Shown: positions 1-50,775 of the stretch, piece after piece
Layout: every line of letters begins with the position of its first letter
Position numbering within the stretch: position 1 is the stretch's first letter
Assembly: GCA_963693365.1 (NCBI GenBank)
Contig: CAVNZM010000001.1
Location: 2,558,907 to 2,622,906 of the forward strand
From: Amoebidium appalachense
Taxonomy: Eukaryota > Protista > Ichthyosporea
Direction: 5' to 3'
DNA length: 64,000 nucleotides
Program-made: the position numbers and the translations under genes
Notes under the pieces: generated by a model
What the model was told of the DNA's origin: nothing
Seen by the model: the letters and a program-made list of their open reading frames with translations, nothing else
Databases searched by the model: none

Positions 1-39
<39 letters not shown>

Positions 40-74
40 TGCATGCACACGCACGCACGCACGCACGCACGCAC

Positions 75-150
<76 letters not shown>
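1..150. repeat. (GCAC)n then (CA)n intronic microsatellite
   Basis: Read directly from the sequence. Confidence 0.95.
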
Positions 151-151
<1 letters not shown>

Positions 152-202
152 CAAAACCCAACTATCGAAGCACAGCCCACTCTGACAAGCAGTATGTTGC
201 AG

Positions 203-6745
<6,543 letters not shown>

Positions 6746-7743
6746 TTCCGGCCCAACCGTGCCCCAGAGCTGAAAATCTTTCCGACCGACTCTCCCCCCC
6801 CCCCCCCACCACCGCGCCGCCGCCACCACCACCACCACCACACACACACAAACACAACAACAACAACTATTACTACTACAACAACATACACAGACACAAA
6901 AATGAAGCAGTACTTCCTGAGTTGGGTTCCGTGTACTAGGTTACTGGGTTGAAACTCGGGTAATGTAGATGACTTCCCAGAGGATGGGCTCTGATTGCAT
7001 AATCTTTGTGCATGTGTGTGCCACTGTATGCAAAACTATGCTTCTTGTGTGTAGCCACCGTATGCATTTTTTTTATTTTTTTATTTTTTTGTCCGTTATG
7101 AATGTGTATTTCGTATTCTCTAACGTAGCACATTCCAATATTATCATTTCTCTCTTTTTTTCAACAATGAATTCGTGTCAAGTGCTTTTGTCGTTTTTTC
7201 ATTCAGTAGAACATTCCCATCTCATGTTTTGTTTACCCCCCCTGAACACGAATGATTTTTTTTGGACAGCCTGTTGTATGTTGAATTTCTAGTAATATGT
7301 CTAATTTCCAGTAATCCAATAGTAATAGTAATAGTAATATGGCTACAATGTATATACATATCATGTACCTCGTATCAACGATGCCGGCACCAGCACAGTG
7401 TCACTTACGGGGGTCACAGTTTTCTGTATGACCACAATCGATATACATGTGATGTGATGCGGACCGTGCAGAGGCCATAACTCATTTTGATGGTGACTGC
7501 CTACTTGAGTTTTGTATGCTCAAAGTTATACACATTTCCAGGGATTCATGCTTCAATGTGTGCCAATGTATACTACGAGAAGTTATTGCTCCAGTTGTAA
7601 TCGACAATCTAACAACTTGAAGAATAAAACCAAGATGCATGTACATGGGGATTTGGGTGCACGTGGCTTGGGAAAACCGGGAATACTGACACGGTAACAT
7701 GTACACCACTGATTCAAGAGCCGGTGCCACCCAGTTTGCAGCA

Positions 7744-8609
7744 CTAACTAGTGAGTGTCCTGCGCATGCATTTGCTTGGTGAACGGAGGAACCATCTGAA
7801 AACCAACACCCGTGATGACTGAGATGAGCTCCCGCTTTCCCTTGAAGTCATCCAAGCTGGACACCCAGAATACACGGTTCCGGTGGCAAGTGACCCCAGG
7901 ATCACCAGGTCCACCACCGCATCGATCCTCTGAGCAAACTGCAGAATCTTGCACAGAACATGTCCTTTAAGAACTCCGTCGATGCCGGGCAGCCCTGCAG
8001 CTGACAAAAACAACAATTGTTAGCAAAAGTGCGAGGGAAAGAAGAAAGAAAGAAAGAAAGAAAGAATTTAAGTTAAGCATGGCCCAAAATAGGGACTGAC
8101 GCTCCATCGAACTCCACATATTTGGTAGTGGCATTCATTCACGGGGGAATGAATAGCCGTTGAAAGTTTGCAACCCCCCCCCCCCCCCCCCCCCCTCTTT
8201 CCCAGGCTTTTAAAAGAAAATTAATTGCTGTTGCACTTGTGTTTGCGAATATTTAACAATGCCAATTGCAAGCACCTGCTGCCAGCACTACCACATTAAC
8301 CCCATCCGGCCCAGCAATCATGGTCTGTACAGTGACCCAGTGAGAAGGGTTTTAGGATTAGGTTAATAAACTACGGTATAATGATATCATAATCATTATG
8401 CTATGATTTTTTTCAGCATAAAAGCCTGGGCCGCCCTAGCTAGTGTGCTAGTAGTGCCAGTTGCAAGTATCGTCCAAGACGTAAGCCTGCTGTCGATATA
8501 TATTCATATATGAATAGTATGGCAGGCATATTAACGGTCGTTAAAAAACAGTGTACATTGTCGGGGGGGGGGGGGGGGGGGGGGGGGGGAGGGGGGGGGG
8601 GGGGGGGGG

Positions 8610-8678
<69 letters not shown>

Positions 8679-9071
8679 GGAGGGGGGGGGGATGGAGGGG
8701 GGGGGGGGGGACTTCAATGATTGGCGACTTGGGAACCATTGGCACAAACGGCATACATACCTCGAACGTCTTCCTGGCGTTTGTCCCCCATGTATAGTCT
8801 CACCCAGAGAGTTGAGCCGCCAACCCACACCACCGCTGCAACAGAAATAATGCCACCATAGAGCTCGAACTCCTCGACATAATTGGAGAGGACAAGACCA
8901 ACAAGTACAGCCCAGGTCACGAAGGAGGACACAGTAATAACCTCGAGCATCCAAGTGTGCCAAACATGACGTACACGGAGTAGGAAGCGGACGAGACGAC
9001 CGAATAATCCTTCCCGCTCTGGTGTTGAGTTGAGCTGTTGAGACTCGATCTGTGCAATGCTCAGAGCCTTC
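7744..9071 (-). CDS. Unidentified spliced gene or pseudogene, predicted membrane protein (partial model)
   Basis: Exon about 8761-9071 encodes KALSIAQ...VITVSSFVTWAVLVGLVLSNY...GGIISVAAVVWVGGSTLWVRLYMGDKRQEDVR (two hydrophobic segments). It ends in a GAG|gtatgt donor followed by the sense-strand C/CT tract typical of introns in this window. It can join in phase to about 8440-8489 (AGLRLGRYLQLALLAH*) or to 7744-8001 (AAGLPGIDGVLKGHVLCK...). No start codon or homology recognised. Confidence 0.4.
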
Positions 9072-9429
9072 TGCCATGTGGAAAATCCGGTGGTCAAAAC
9101 TTAAGGTTTGTCACTAATAACGAACTTATGATACGAGTCTTAAAGGTGTTAGAAATATTGGCACCGTAAGAATATGTTATCATTTATGGAGTTACAACTT
9201 AAGGGCACCGAAAAAGGTAGAAGTCGGACGCTTCTTGTGTGCTGCACGTAACGTTGGTGGGTCCGACGGTGTATCATTATCATAGACTATCAGTTTAACA
9301 CGTGTGCTGCCCAGCAACCCAACAATCTGTCACGTGCATGTGCTCGGTCATGAGCAGCAGCACCGGTGCAACTTGGAATTATTGAATTATTGCTTTTCTC
9401 ACCACAGCACATACTATATGCTGAATGAA

Positions 9430-11437
9430 TCATCAAGTTGCTGTTAAACATAGAACATGGAAAAACAACAACCTGTTTGTACCTTCATCAGATTCTGGTG
9501 TCGACACAACAACACAAGTACCAGCGAAACTTCGGATAACATGAGAATTCTTGCGCATGCAGGGCGGTGATGTGTTATCAGTATCTATTAATATTGCAAG
9601 AGGGCCAGTATTTTGCAGACATTTTTTTAAAACTTTGTACAAGTGTTAGACAAACCGCCCTACCTTTTTATGGCCCAAGGAGTGACTTGTCCAGACTCAT
9701 CTGAACCATCATTGCACGGTGACGATCGGAACCCAACTTAGACACGTCAAGAAGCGCACTTGCTTCGGTGTACATGTTGATGGGAATAGTGTCAGCACCG
9801 GGAACAGAGTTGAGTTTTAGCTTCATGTCGTCCATTTCGACTGAGAACACAGGATAATAAGAACCTTTCAAGTTTTTCAAGTCGGAGTTGATTTTCAAAG
9901 CGTCATTCTGATGTGCCGATGCATGTGTTGGACCGAGTTTATCAATCTCTTTAATTGCCAAATACTGCGAACCGGAATGCCTACTGATCATATACTGATA
10001 GCGTTCACCTTTTTCTGCTTATAAATGAAGAAGAAACTGCAGTTATGGACTTGTTCACGGCAGAGCTCGCGACCTGACTTGTCACTCTACTTGTCACACG
10101 GTGGTTGCTTCATCATCAAAAATGAGAAAATGACAAGGCCTCCTACAATATTTAGGAGGCCTCAGTGGAAAATGATCATGACACTCGTGACATCCAATTG
10201 GCAATTTTTGGCGCTCTTTTGGGATACACATCCAATCAACAAATAGAGAATTTATAATTCGTTCCCAGTTACGCAAAAATTTGACTTGACATGAGTGACG
10301 CACTTGGCCAGAGCCCGGCCCCGAGCGCGCGAGCCGTCTACAGTATCTCCAAGTTACGAACCACTTGCGGTGTAATTTGCCAGCAAACATACAAGAACCT
10401 GTTCTCAGTGCATGGGCACACAACATAGCTTCCACTTCTTCTTTACTCTAGAGCTTCCCGAGTAGATTTTAAGTCAATGCGTTTAAACATGGCCAATATA
10501 ACCTCTCGCATCGGCATAGAAGTGGTGCGAGAGAGCATCGGAACACACACCGAGCTCCTTACACATCCTTATATCTGCTTCTGCGAATACATGGCTACTC
10601 TAGAAGACATTGAAGTATGCTCTTGATGGAAAGAAGGTTGAGGAACTGCTCGAAGTAGCTAGAAAAGCGGGCGAGGCTGGGGACCATTGTGCGCACGATG
10701 CCGCACAGGCAGAGCTCACGAGGGTGCACGTGCTGAGATGCAGTTGGCAACGGGTCTGTGGTGGCTGATGTACCCGATCAGGAGAAAGCTCAAGGACGAT
10801 ATGGTCAGGGTTATATTTGCAACGTGTGGTAAGTGCTATTTGACACTAAGAATGCGTTGGAGAAGAAGGGGGAACCAGCTCTCTGCGTTTGCCAAAGAAT
10901 AACATCGACTTCAACCATTTTCTGAAGCAGCTCCATTTTCATTGTACTACTTTAGATTCGCTTCAAGGACACCCAGCATTGCACAAACTTATTCATCCAG
11001 AACCTCTCGAAACCCGTTTTCGTGCACAAACCATATCATCTATATGCATGTTGTTTTTCCCGGACCTCTAGATCTGCCATGCGCAAAGCATTTGCATTTG
11101 GCAGACGTCTGACCCAATGGCCTTTCTATGTGACATGACAGGTGGCCCAGCTGGTGTAAGAAAGAAGCGGCAAAGCGGAGGAAACTTCAGGGGTTGACCC
11201 TGCTGCAGTGGTTGGCAGATATGGTGAGCAATATTTGCGCAAATGCAACAGCATGCGCTTACTGCCCCTAAGTCCACCCAGTCTGCGAATGGTGATCTGT
11301 ATGGATGTGAGCGAGTGCACACCACTACTGCGTGGGATGCATTAATTGGGTGTGTGCCGGTTAATAGGGGTGCGCGCACGTGTGCACGTGTGCACGGTGT
11401 GCGTGCCGTGCGCGCAGAGAGGGGGGGGGGGGGAGGG

Positions 11438-11468
<31 letters not shown>

Positions 11469-11890
11469 AGGGATTCAACTCGAGCTTTCCCTGCAGCTAA
11501 TATTTTTCCCCCGCGCCCGGTGTGCTAAAAGTTGTTCATACACGTGAATTTACTTTACTCGAATCATTGATATCCACCACGTCCTCCACAGCCCACCGTG
11601 CACCTACCACAAAATCCACCGACAAACCGCAACCATACAAGTTGTTAACAGTTACCCTGTACATATCCCTCTTTACTGTTTGAGCTTAGTAGATGTTGAT
11701 GACATAGTGACAAGGTTTTGGACCTTATAAGGTCAGGGAGTCACTCTAAGTTAGACGACAAGGTGATTAACCATCGGTATGTATACATCGACAAAACAGA
11801 AGTACAGGCACAAAGGTTTACCTTTTGAAAAATGGTACACTGACTGATGAAATATACTGAGCCTGATCACCGATAAAAGTGGCCCCTATC
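9430..11890. pseudogene. Island of disrupted, apparently intronless protein-like ORF fragments of unknown origin
   Basis: Minus-strand fragments 9668-9991 and 9433-9642. Plus-strand fragments at about 10478-10900 (MRLNMANITSRIG...; LKYALDGKKVEELLEVARKAGEAG...) and about 11680-11860 (LSLVDVDDIVTRFWTL*...LDDKVINHRYVYIDKTEVQ), broken by stops and frameshifts. The region is nearly free of the microsatellites seen elsewhere. Confidence 0.3.
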
Positions 11891-12499
11891 TATCTTGTCC
11901 TAGCTTGTCGGTCGTAAATCCTTAGAAGTGTCAGGAAGGATAAAGATGTGGAGATGAGAAGAGGGGGCTCGAGGAGATAGGCCCCAAAAGAGTGCGTGGG
12001 GGCAGAGGGCAAGTCGTTGGATAAAAGCAACTGGGGAAGAGGGTGGGTAGGGTGGGTAGGGTGGGGGAGGTGGGGGAGGGGGATCAGGGGGAAATGTTTA
12101 GTAGCGCGTGTGAAGAAACTATTGGTCGTGACCGTGTAAGTTAGCAAATTGTGATGATAATGACTAGAATGTGGTGTGAAAGAGAGGTGAAGGGTAGCAG
12201 TGAGAGGGTGACCGAAATTACTTAGTTATTGCAATAGCTTCAAACTACAAGCCAGACATATTGATGTAACCGCATTGCCCCAGGTGATACACCACGAGAA
12301 TCGGAAAACACAGTGAAACATGTATGAATGAAAGCACAAAACACAAAGGACCACACATACATTCAAAGCCAGATCCTTGAAGCGTGCATATAACCACAAT
12401 GTTTGTGACCCTCCCCTTCAAAAGCCTTCGGGTGTGTTGCTAACAGCAGGAAAACCTCGCTGCTTCCCATTACTTCTTGCATTACTTTCAGCCCCCTTC

Positions 12500-27695
<15,196 letters not shown>

Positions 27696-27899
27696 GTTAT
27701 ATCCGCCGCTTATCGGCAGGGCAGGAAGCCAAACTCAAACCAAAGTGGTAGTCTATAAATTAAACAGGTATTGCTTGTTCTGGTATTCTATATGTTTATA
27801 CCATGGTGTGTATGGTAAGTAGAAGCAAAAACTGAAAAGCACCCTAGATGCTGGCCGTGAAAGGAACTTCCAACAAAGTCATAGCAATGTACTGCACTG

Positions 27900-28130
27900 G
27901 CCGGTGCCGGTCACCAGTTTCCTCACCAACATCTGCACCGGCACCAGGGGAAAAACTCAAATTTTGGCGCCACTCAGAATGCCTTACGTAATGGTGCAAT
28001 CTGAGCCAATAGGAGTCTGCACAACCAATATTCCTATTGGCTGCCCCATTTTGCTGGGCGCGCAGTCACATGGGCCGGGCCGTCGGGGCCGAGTCAAGCC
28101 AGGCCGGCGCGCGCGCTTTCATGTCAAGGC
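27900..28130. promoter_or_regulatory. Bidirectional promoter between TMEM209 (-) and the PPR gene (+)
   Basis: The start codons diverge about 790 bp apart. The interval has an E2F-like TTTTGGCGC (27962-27970), palindromic TTACGTAA (27984-27991), CCAAT boxes at 28006-28010 and 28025-28029, ATTGG at 28036-28040 and a CpG-rich patch at 28056-28117. Confidence 0.6.
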
Positions 28131-28480
28131 ACTGAGGGAGAGAGGGAGGGAGAGAGAACGAGCGGCCAGTGAGAGGGCATTAGAGTGGAAGGGAGCAAGA
28201 CGTATTGCACCTTAACGTTTGCGGCCTCAGCATTTAGCAAAATTCCTTTTTCGCTTTTTTGTAGTAGATTTTTATCAGTTGAAGTTGTGAGCTGGTGTTA
28301 GCACTGAGAGCTATTTCTGAGAGTCAACAAGATTCCGGCTTACTGTTGCCGGCCGACTATCGTCAGCCCCTGTGTGGGCGACAAGCGCACAGCAGCCTGT
28401 GAAGGGCTACGGTGGAGGGCTAGCCATGCTGCCAAGGAGGGTGGGGGCATGAGCCGGCACGGACGCCGGGCAGGACGGGC

Positions 28481-44434
<15,954 letters not shown>

Positions 44435-44579
44435 TGCGGTGTAACTGTCGATAAAATGCGACAAGGTGTCGCTTGTTAGTGTAGGAAGATGGCTAGGGGC
44501 CTTATGGGTGGTGATGGTGGTGATGACGCTTTTTTGTTTGTTGTTTGTTTTGTTTGTTTTATGTTTGTTTTATTGTTTT

Positions 44580-44632
<53 letters not shown>

Positions 44633-44867
44633 CTTTAGTCGCAATGTTGAGCTGAAAGCTATATAATATTTCTTGTTCATAATCATTGATTTGTGGTGAT
44701 ATAGGTTTGGCTGGAAAATATGAACGAATGTTTGTAGTTTTTTTTCCCTTTTCTTGGCGTCAAACTCTTCCGGCCACCCTTATCTCAGACTAGAAAACCC
44801 ATACTAGAGCACGTATGCAATCAATCACAATTGTTCACAGTGACACACACACCACCAACTTGTAAAG

Positions 44868-44893
44868 AATAAATGGCCTGTGACATGAATAAA
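44868..44893 (+). terminator. Candidate polyadenylation signals of the PPR gene
   Basis: AATAAA at 44868-44873 and 44888-44893, about 440 nt after the stop codon. Confidence 0.4.
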
Positions 44894-45229
44894 GCATTCG
44901 ATGCTGAGTCCACTAACTTCTGAGACTCTCCTGCGTCAAAAGCCTCTCTGTTGATTTTAAACGTGTTGTGACGATACAGCACCGAGTACTCTCATACATG
45001 TACATCCCCCCCCCCGAAACACGTGTGTTGTCTTGTGGTGTCCCCTCCACTTTCCGACCCTCTAATGCATATCCAACCCCCCCTCCCCCCCCCCCCCCCC
45101 CCCCCCCCTCCTCTCCCCTCCGCCAAAACACACACACGTGTGTGCTATGCTGACACACACACGGAAACTCGACGTGCGCCGATCGGGGTTCAATTATATA
45201 TATCCAAGTATATCCAAGGATGATGTACC

Positions 45230-45370
45230 CACTGGCTTACGTAAGTGGCCGGGCACTACTCAAAAAAAAAAAAAAAGAAAAAAAAAAAGAAAAAGAGGCT
45301 GCATGACTCAACCGGTTGCTGTTTCTGGTGTGCCAGGGTTTGAAGGTGACAGGGTTTGAAATTTCCCGCA
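45230..45370 (+). promoter_or_regulatory. THUMPD1 proximal promoter motifs
   Basis: CTTACGTAAG palindrome (45236-45245), AP-1-like TGACTCA (45304-45310), duplicated cagggTTTGAA (CHR-like; 45334-45344, 45350-45360) next to E2F-like TTTCCCGC (45362-45369), about 110 nt upstream of the ATG. Confidence 0.4.
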
Positions 45371-45476
45371 GACTTGTATTCAGGCAGTGAGACCCGGTCG
45401 ACACACTTTCATGCTTGACTGAGCTACAATCTCAGCCTAATAGAATAGAAGTACAATCCTGCACCCATCTTCTGAA

Positions 45477-45914
45477 ATGGCAGACACCGGTGCGCAGAAA
45501 CGTCCAGCCAAAAGTGGAGGAGAGGGGCAGCGAAAACGCAACAAGTCCTACTACAGGAACTACGCTAGAGCAAACAAGGAGGTTCGTGTGGAATACTGAG
45601 GACCGAACATTGAAACGCTGGCTAACATGCTTGGTGCAGCTTCTTGTCTCTCAAGAATACGCCCGCTGTATTTCTTTGCTTCGCTCTCCTGTTTTCCGTC
45701 GCCTCCCCCCCCCCCCCCCCCCCTCCCCCCGCCGCCCCCCGCCGTCCCCTCCTCGTTTCTCGATACACACACACGCGTGCACACTCCCTCCCTCCCCCCT
45801 CCCCCCCCCCCCCCCCCCCCGCCCGCCCGCCCGCCCCTCTCCCCCCCCCCCCCCGTCGGCCTCTTTTCTCGGTACACGCACACATGCACACACACACCCT
45901 TCCTCCCCCCTCTT

Positions 45915-46012
<98 letters not shown>

Positions 46013-46239
46013 CTCTCTCTCTCTCTTCCTCCCCCTTTTCTCTCTCTCTCGCTCTCTCTTCTCCCTCTCTCTCCCCCTCTCTCCCCTCCCTCCCCCTCCT
46101 CGTCTCTCTCTTTCTCCTCTCCTCTCCCTCCCTATCTCTCTATCTCCCTTCCCATCTCTCCCCCTGCCTCCCTCCCTCCCTCCCTCCCTCCCTCTCTCTC
46201 CCTCTCTCTCTTCCTCCCTCCCTCCCCCCTCTCTCTCTC

Positions 46240-46300
<61 letters not shown>

Positions 46301-46734
46301 CCCCCTCTCTCTCGTCCTCTCTGTCTCTCTCCCTCTCTCTCTTGCTCCGAGGCTCTCTTCCTTCCTTCCCCCCCCCCCCCCCTCTCCCAGCACCCCGTCT
46401 CTCCTTCTTTGCCTCTTTCCCTCTCCCTCTCCCTCTCTCTCTCTAGCTGTCTCTCTCCCCCTCCCCTTCTCTCGCTTCCCCCCTCCCTCTTCCCCCCATC
46501 TTCCCCCACCTCGCTCTGTCCCCTCTCTCCCGTTTCTGCCCGCTCCCCATCCTGTCGTGTTTCATGGATTGGCTACATCTATCCGTCTCCTTGCACCTTG
46601 CATCCTCCGTTTTCACGTCTTTTACGTACTATGCCGGCAGTGTTCGTGTCCCTTTCGGCTTCCCGCTCACCCCCCCCCCCCCCCCCCCCCCCCCGTCCAC
46701 CTCTCCCTCACCCCCTCCCCACCCCTCGGTTCTC

Positions 46735-46772
<38 letters not shown>

Positions 46773-48608
46773 CACACACACACACACACACAAACACACA
46801 CAATAATAGCACATTCTTGACCGCAAACGTAGTTAGCAATCAGCGTTGATGGTGGTGCTGATGGGATGCCTTTGCCCTTAGAGGGGACAAAGGTGGGTGG
46901 GCGCCGGGGGGGAGGGGGGGGGGGGGGGAAGGGGGAGGGGGGTTAAGTCGGTGAGAAGTACAGGTATTCTGACTGGTGAAATTTCTTCGGTTGCTCACAG
47001 GGGTCGTTCCAAGCTGGTTCACGTGGAGTGATGGTAACATGTGACCACATCACCTCTACAAAGGCAACGGCTGAGGCTCTAGAGCTACTGGAGGAGGTGG
47101 GTGGATGGGCAGTCAGGATGTGGGTGCACATTTGACGTACATGGGCACGTGCTGCACTGGTGCATGTTGTGTGTCAATACACATGCAGCAAAGAAATACA
47201 TGCCTGTACATGCTTGCGTGTACATGCTTGTGTGTGCACCAGGGAGTGATATTCTCACTTGGTACACACCTTCCCACCCCTCCCCCTCCCCTCCTCCCCC
47301 CCCCTCCCCCCACCCACCCACCCACCCACCCACCCAACCCTCCCTCCTCTCCTTCCCTACTCCTCTTCCGCCACCGTCGCAAGTACACACACTGAGATCG
47401 AACGTCTGCACATACACATGCAGACACGCACGCGTGCGCGCTCACGCTCATGCGTACATGTGCTTCTGTAACAACACGACTCAAAATCGTACCTTGGCTC
47501 TGCCCTTGTTAGACACAAGAAGCCCAGACATGTCCGTATCAGCTACGTTGGTGCATCACCTTGTTATTAACTTCCTGACAAGAATATGTGCATGGCTTGT
47601 GCCATTATACAAACTTGTCCTGCCACGGCAAAGTCCGTTGAGGGAGCTTTTTTCCCAAAGGAACGGATGGTATACGTGTGCACATGACATTACTTTACTA
47701 CTGCTTTGCACCAAACCGTGTGTCTTCCACTTACATGGGTGACATATTTGACTAGTATGTTATTGACATCCATTTGCTTGCAGTATGCAAACAAGCTCTT
47801 TCCCGTTGAGGGGGAGATGCAAGCTCTGAGGATGAATCGGGTAGTGTTGCTGATGCCTTGAAAAAAGAAATTGAGAGCCTGAGGGTACATATCAGCGCCC
47901 CCCCCCCCCCCCACACACGCACACACACACACACATACACACACACCGTCCCCCAACAGATGCATGCTCTTTATTTGTGCTTTGCCATGCTGCATTGTGT
48001 TGTCCGTCATGAATGTGCACCTCTTGTTCAATCCTGAACACATCCATCCCCCCCCATCCCCCTCCTCCCCCCTTTCCAAAAAAGGAAAAAAAAGATAAAT
48101 AATGCAATTGTACCCGTCCTTTCTCCCCCTCCTCCCCTCCCCCCTTTCTCTTCCGTTCGTACCTGGTGTTGGGTTTGTGAATCTTGATAGATGCACGCCA
48201 TTACACCCTTATGGGGACGCACACACAAACACGCATGCCCACATATACACACACAGGCACACACACAAACACACACGACACACATCCATGGAAGAAAAGA
48301 AACCAATCGTGCCCCCCCCCCCCCCCCCCCCCCCCCTCCTCCCTCTCCTCTCCCCCTTCCTTATGTTTTTTTGTCCTTCCATTTGATGCACACCCTGTTC
48401 TTTCATAAATGCCGTTGTAGCCCGTACACTTGTCTACTGCAGTCTAACACCCAGGAACCCCCCTGATGATGGGCTCTGTTCAAATGTCTTCTGCCTGCAC
48501 GCTTAAATTGTTTGATTTTGGATTTCCCACCTTTGTGACGCTTTGTTGTTGCTCTTTGTTGTCTCCTCCATATTTCCAACCCTCTAACGCATACATCCCC
48601 CCCCCCCC

Positions 48609-48639
<31 letters not shown>

Positions 48640-48834
48640 ACAGGGTTCGAAAGACAAGGATGAGGATGCTAGGCGCATAGTGCCCTTAGACATGGACCGT
48701 ACCCGGGGCATCCTTTTCCTGCAGTGTGATCCGACCATTGACCCCGTAATATTGGTTCACGGCATCATGCAGGACCTCGATAGCACTAAGCTCCTCAAGT
48801 CAAGGTAGTCCCCCCCCCCCCCCCCTCCCCCCCT

Positions 48835-48865
<31 letters not shown>

Positions 48866-49082
48866 CTGAGGATGGGATCTGCTTATATGCATACTCTTTA
48901 TATATGGTTTGCATTCTGCATCTTGTTATCCGTTGTTCTTGTGTACTTCATACTTTATGACGCATTCACCCCCCCTCCCCCCCCCCCCCCCCCCCCACCC
49001 ACCTCTTTCTCTCTTTTTCGTTCTCTCTCTCTCTCTCTCCTGCTCCCACATGCACAGGCATGTGCACGTGCGCGCGCACGCG

Positions 49083-49129
<47 letters not shown>

Positions 49130-49794
49130 CGGGGGGGGGGGGGGGGGGGGGGAAACCCCTCCCACTTCTCCCCTCGCCCGCAGAACAGACACCTACACAC
49201 ACACATACACACACACAAACACACACACACACCTTGTCTTATGATGCATTCCCCCAATAGCCAAATACACATATGCTAAAACAACCTTCTGCCCACAGAT
49301 TCATTCAGAGACTTGTGCCTGTTGTTAGCACGTGCAAGTCACACGTAGAGGAGATAGAGAAAGCAGTGAGGCCCATCGTTGAGCCCATATTCCACCAACC
49401 AGACCAGCAGGGTTACAAGGCAAGTGTTGTGGATGGTTTAAACATGCTGTAAAACTTTCTGCTTTTTTTTGGTTTGTATTCTGTGTTGGGTGGGTGGGTG
49501 GGTGTCTGTGTGTGGTTTGTGGTGGGAAGCGGAGAGGGGGGGTTGATCCTTAAGTCAATGGCTTCTGTTTTAATACGCGCTCAGTTGGTGTTGGTGTTGA
49601 ATCTCTCTTCGTTATGGCTGTTACGGGTTTAACCAGCTGTGCAAGCACTGTGCATGTTGTATCCCTCCCCCCCAACTCCCTCTCCACGCCTGCCCCGCCC
49701 TCCTCACAAACTCGCGCACTTGAACCAACACACACAAGCAATCTCACATGCACATGCATTTGCACTCACACATGCACTCACCTCCCCGCCCCCC

Positions 49795-49829
<35 letters not shown>

Positions 49830-50451
49830 CAAGCACTCACATTCACCTTAAATACTAACACGTTGTTCCCCAGTATGCAGTGTGGTACAGGGCGCGCAAT
49901 AACGAGGCCCTAGACCGCATGACGGTGATCAATGCTGTGGCCACCATAGTGGCTGAGGGAGACAAAGGCCACAAGGTCGATCTGACGGCACCTGAGTGGG
50001 TGGTTATTGTCGAGGTGGTTGGCGTAAGTCTCCCCCATCCCCGCCACCCTCTCCCCTTCCTCTTTCGCCAACCACACACTCATGCGCGCACATGCACACA
50101 CAGACACAGACATAGATGCATGTGTGTGCACACATACACACCCACCACACACACGAAAAAAAAAGGGGGAAGCGGGAAAAAAAAAAAGATATTACGTCTT
50201 CTTTTGTTGCAATCCTCCCCTCATCACTCTCTTTTTTGCTGTTGGCGTTCCTTGTCGGTCTCCTCTTCGCCAGCAATCATCCCAATCCCCCCCCCCCCCC
50301 CCCCCCAAAAAAAAAAAAAAAAAAAAACACGCACACATTAACACATACATACACACCGCTGTGTCTGTATCGGTGGGACTGTTTGATCATGAAGTAATAT
50401 ATGATGATGAGGTATCAGTGGTTATGTCCATGCAGGGCATGTTTTTGACAA

Positions 50452-50526
<75 letters not shown>

Positions 50527-50551
50527 ACATGTGCAAAGAAATCCACGCGCA

Positions 50552-50613
<62 letters not shown>

Positions 50614-50775
50614 TACACGTGCCTATCCGTGGTGCAGGACTTCTACAAGTACAAGAAGTACAACGTGCACGAGGTCGTGGGCCAGGGAGACAGTTTGCGC
50701 AAACAGCAGAATAAAAAGGAGCCGGAGGAGAAAAAGGATGCTGCTAAGGACACTGAGGAGGTGAAGGAGCAATAA
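45477..50775 (+). CDS. THUMPD1: THUMP domain-containing protein 1 / Tan1 (tRNA ac4C adaptor); one apparent 1-nt frameshift in exon 3
   Basis: Exons 45477-45581, 47001-47096, 47784-47884, 48644-48804, 49299-49419, 49874-50023 and 50611-50775. Motifs [63 protein letters not shown] and [19 protein letters not shown] match recalled THUMPD1/Tan1 sequence. Exon 3 needs one extra base in the G5 run at 47810-47814. Confidence 0.92.
45700..46800. repeat. About 1.1-kb C/(CT)n/(CA)n low-complexity tract in THUMPD1 intron 1
   Basis: Read directly from the sequence. It produces the spurious 343-401 aa ORFs in the track. Confidence 0.95.

Noticed and set aside
8347-8365. Telomere-like gggttttaggattaggtt
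   Set aside because: Only two or three degenerate units, compatible with chance.
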